DNA of 64,000 nt from Podospora anserina (Eukaryota). The notes under the pieces were generated by a model. It was not told where the DNA came from. It did not search any database and was given only the letters and a program-made list of their open reading frames with translations. Position numbers and translations under genes: made by a program. Positions 61,603-64,000 of the stretch are shown here, in pieces; position 1 is the stretch's first letter, and each line of letters opens with the position of its first letter. The DNA is taken from positions 1,674,001 to 1,738,000 of the forward strand of contig CM030338.1 of NCBI GenBank assembly GCA_017654855.1, given 5' to 3'.

Positions 61603-62352
61603 CTACTTCCCGATGGTCAAGAACAACCTATCCCCCACGTCTCCCATGCCTGGTTTGAGCATGCCACGTTCGGTGAGCTCGGCATCCAACCCGGCAAGCC
61701 AGATCTCTGTCCCCTCTGGCCATTCGTTCGCCGCTAGTTCGACGCCTGGCTTGGCTCCTAGGATGGATAGGACGAGAATACGCTTTGTACCCCATTCCTT
61801 TAGGGTCTGGATCGCGGCTGCGGAAGTCCCGCCGGTGGCGATGACGGGGTCGAGGACGATGGTGAGGTCGGGGGTTTTTTCGGAGGAGGAGGAGGAGGAG
61901 AGGTGGTTGGGGAGGTTGTTGTAGTATTCTACCGGTAGGAGGGTGGAGGGTTCACGGAAGAGGCCGAGGTGGTGGATTGGTGGGGGATGGGGTAAGAGGG
62001 AAGAGAGGGGGTCGACCATGGACAGGCCGGAGCGGAGGATTGGGACGAGGGAGATGGTTGAGGGGGAGAGGTGGGTTGTTGGGTAGGTGAAGCCTAGGGG
62101 GGTTGTGTCCTGGTGGTCGGGTGATGGTTAGTTAGGGTATGGGGAAAGGGGAAAGGGGAGGGGAGGGCGTACTGTTGGGCCTGGGGAGCTGGTGAGGGCG
62201 CTGGCGAGGGCTTCGGTGCCGAGGATTAGGGTTATTTCGTTGATGAGGGTTTTGACGTCGCGGGCGGTGGTGGAGGTGGAGCGGAGTTGGGAGAGTTTGG
62301 CTTGGAGGCAGGGGTGGGTGGAAATGTGGACGTTGGGGGGGAGGGAGGACAT
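61603..62352 (-). CDS. Uracil phosphoribosyltransferase family protein
   Basis: Exons 62352-62173 and 62109-61603: MSSLPPNVHISTHPCLQAKLSQLR...VPILRSGLSM...HLGLFRE...VEYYN...LDPVIATGGT...PGMGDVGDRLF. Confidence 0.93.
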
Positions 62353-63223
62353 CGTGATGATGGTGATGGTGATGGTGGTGTGGTTGGGTTGGACAAGCAG
62401 AGTACACGACAACACAGAAGACGGACTCGAGATTATGGGATTAGAAAACAGAAGATCTTTTTGTTTGGAAGAATGAGGAGAAGATAGCTGACCGCGGATC
62501 CGGGACTGGAACGGGCAGGTGTCTGGTTTAACTACCTGGTATATCTTAGGTCTGATGCAAACGGCGGTCCGTCTTCCCACACACGCCGGGCCGGGAATTG
62601 GATACCAAGGGTTCCTTTTTCATGCTACGTAAAGCGAGAGGGTCGTGCCCGAGCTTGATTCGCTGTTTTCTGTATGCCTGGTGAGGTATGCCAACATGGC
62701 TTACTACCCCGTCCGCGCCTCCGAGACAAGAGATGGCAAGCTGTTGGGCAACATGGAAAGGCCCAGCGAATCGGGTACTGGCCTGTGACGACTTTGGCTC
62801 CGAGCTGCGATAGCGGTGTCTCTGTCACGGACAGTTGTCGGCTTGGAAGCTAGACCTTGAACGGGCTCTGTACCTGCCTCGTGACAGATGATCGGTGTGA
62901 GAACCGGGCGCCGGCGGGAGTCCAGGGAAGGAATGGCGGGGCAGCTCAGGCAGCTCCCGCATCCAAGGATGCCGATATGATAACAGCTGCCGATAGCACT
63001 AGCGGGGGTACTTCTTGGAAGGCGGCCGTTTCCGAATCCGGAGTTTTCCTGGCATCTGATTGCACCTTCTCATCTTGAAATTCATTGCAAAAAAAAAAAA
63101 ATCGACTGAACCACGTTCCGCACCAAAGGTGACACGCCATGGTTCGAAACACTTGACTCAGAGAGAGACTTGTGGTCGCGGGGAGTTAGATCCCGGTGGA
63201 CCAGTACAAGGTCACGTCACACA

Positions 63224-64000
63224 ATGACATCGCAACCAGCAGATAGGGTCGCCTACAATCATGACTTAACTCCTGTCGAAGATGCAGGCATTGAGGGCCG
63301 CTTTCAACAACTCCCTGGGTCTTCACGCCCACTACAGACACCTCACACCAAGTCCTCTTATTCACAAGAAGCTAGGGTTGCTCGACGCGCCTCAGCAGCA
63401 TCCCGCGCCGAGTATGACGTCCCGGATACATATGAAAATTTGGGAGAGACAGCCAACATCCCACCTGTTCAGAACCCGGACGAGGAATTAGTTCATCGAT
63501 ACGAGACACTCGAGCAAGAAAGAGCCAGAGAACAAAGCTATGCTCGCGACCGCCGACGCCAGGATGAGGATCCTGCAACAAGGGCAGCAGTACAAGCAGG
63601 AGAAAAAGCCGAAGCAGCAAGCTACCCTGTGTCCAAAACAGAAACTCAAATCTACACCCTTTCCCACTTGATATTTTTCTCCATCTTTGGGACACTGGCC
63701 AGGCTTGGGCTCCAGGCGATCACCATCTATTCCGGAACACCCATCATCTTCACCTCTGTCTGGCCCAACTTTGCTGGCAGCGTGGTTATGGGTTTCCTGG
63801 CCGAAGATAGGATGCTATTCCGGCAAGAATGGGGCAGTTCCTCATCAAACGGAGCCGATACCGAACGTGGCAGTGTGTCAGTTGACTCGGAGGGCGCGAG
63901 AAAAGCGCACCTTGCCATCAAGAAGACTATTCCGCTGTACATTGGTCTCGCCACGGGTTTCTGTGGATCCTTTACGTCTTTCTCTGCCTTTATGAGAGAC
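63224..64000 (+). CDS. FEX1: Fluoride export protein FEX (CrcB/Fluc domains); runs past the window end
   Basis: ATG at 63224 opens a frame that is stop-free to the edge: LIFFSIFGTLARLGL, WPNFAGSVVMGFL, and the CrcB signature LYIGLATGFCGSFTSFSAF. It is missing from the ORF track because it has no stop inside the window. Confidence 0.92.
   Translation, partial: MTSQPADRVAYNHDLTPVEDAGIEGRFQQLPGSSRPLQTPHTKSSYSQEARVARRASAASRAEYDVPDTYENLGETANIPPVQNPDEELVHRYETLEQERAREQSYARDRRRQDEDPATRAAVQAGEKAEAASYPVSKTETQIYTLSHLIFFSIFGTLARLGLQAITIYSGTPIIFTSVWPNFAGSVVMGFLAEDRMLFRQEWGSSSSNGADTERGSVSVDSEGARKAHLAIKKTIPLYIGLATGFCGSFTSFSAFMRD

Noticed and set aside
61600..61605. Tandem TAG TAG stop of the UPRT gene as an editing target
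   Set aside because: It lies at the normal family C-terminus, and the downstream frame closes after 9 codons.
62353..63223. Divergent UPRT and FEX genes as a fluoropyrimidine/fluoride resistance module
   Set aside because: Adjacency only; both are ordinary conserved genes and the sequence shows no mechanistic link.
1..64000. Transposons, tRNA/rRNA genes, CRISPR arrays, secondary-metabolite or NLR/HET clusters
   Set aside because: I recognised no terminal repeats, transposase or RT motifs, cloverleaf structures, spaced direct repeats or relevant domains by eye. A tRNAscan-SE/Rfam run would be needed to exclude small RNAs.

Overview
This is gene-dense, intron-containing genomic DNA from a filamentous ascomycete (Sordariomycetes/Sordariales). 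The sequence style looks Podospora-like, but that is an inference. I reconstructed 19 protein-coding genes, most of them conserved housekeeping genes, placing exons from GT..AG and CTRAC branch signals. In window order they are: RRP5 (partial), a YML020W-like alpha/beta-hydrolase ending in SKL, an ADF-H plus PH-like protein, PTC1, DID4/VPS2, FZO1, alpha-MPP (MAS2), DMA1, VPS16, ATG16, DOT1, a DUF4449/BPI-like (ham-13-like) gene, DNA ligase IV, TOM22, NHA1, PIF1, EDC3, a uracil phosphoribosyltransferase and a FEX/CrcB fluoride exporter (partial). I recognised no transposon, tRNA, rRNA or CRISPR array. The main anomalies are: (1) an apparent +1 frameshift near the DOT1 5' end; (2) a full-length MYND-finger gene broken by a single TAA, next to a second decayed reading frame; (3) three in-frame, stop-free introns; (4) PUF-type elements in the 3' UTRs of three mitochondrial genes; (5) an identical telomere-like 15-mer upstream of LIG4 and PIF1; (6) a strong C-rich 5' / G-rich 3' polarity of genes that flips inside LIG4. 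None of these is demonstrably a new biological system from sequence alone.
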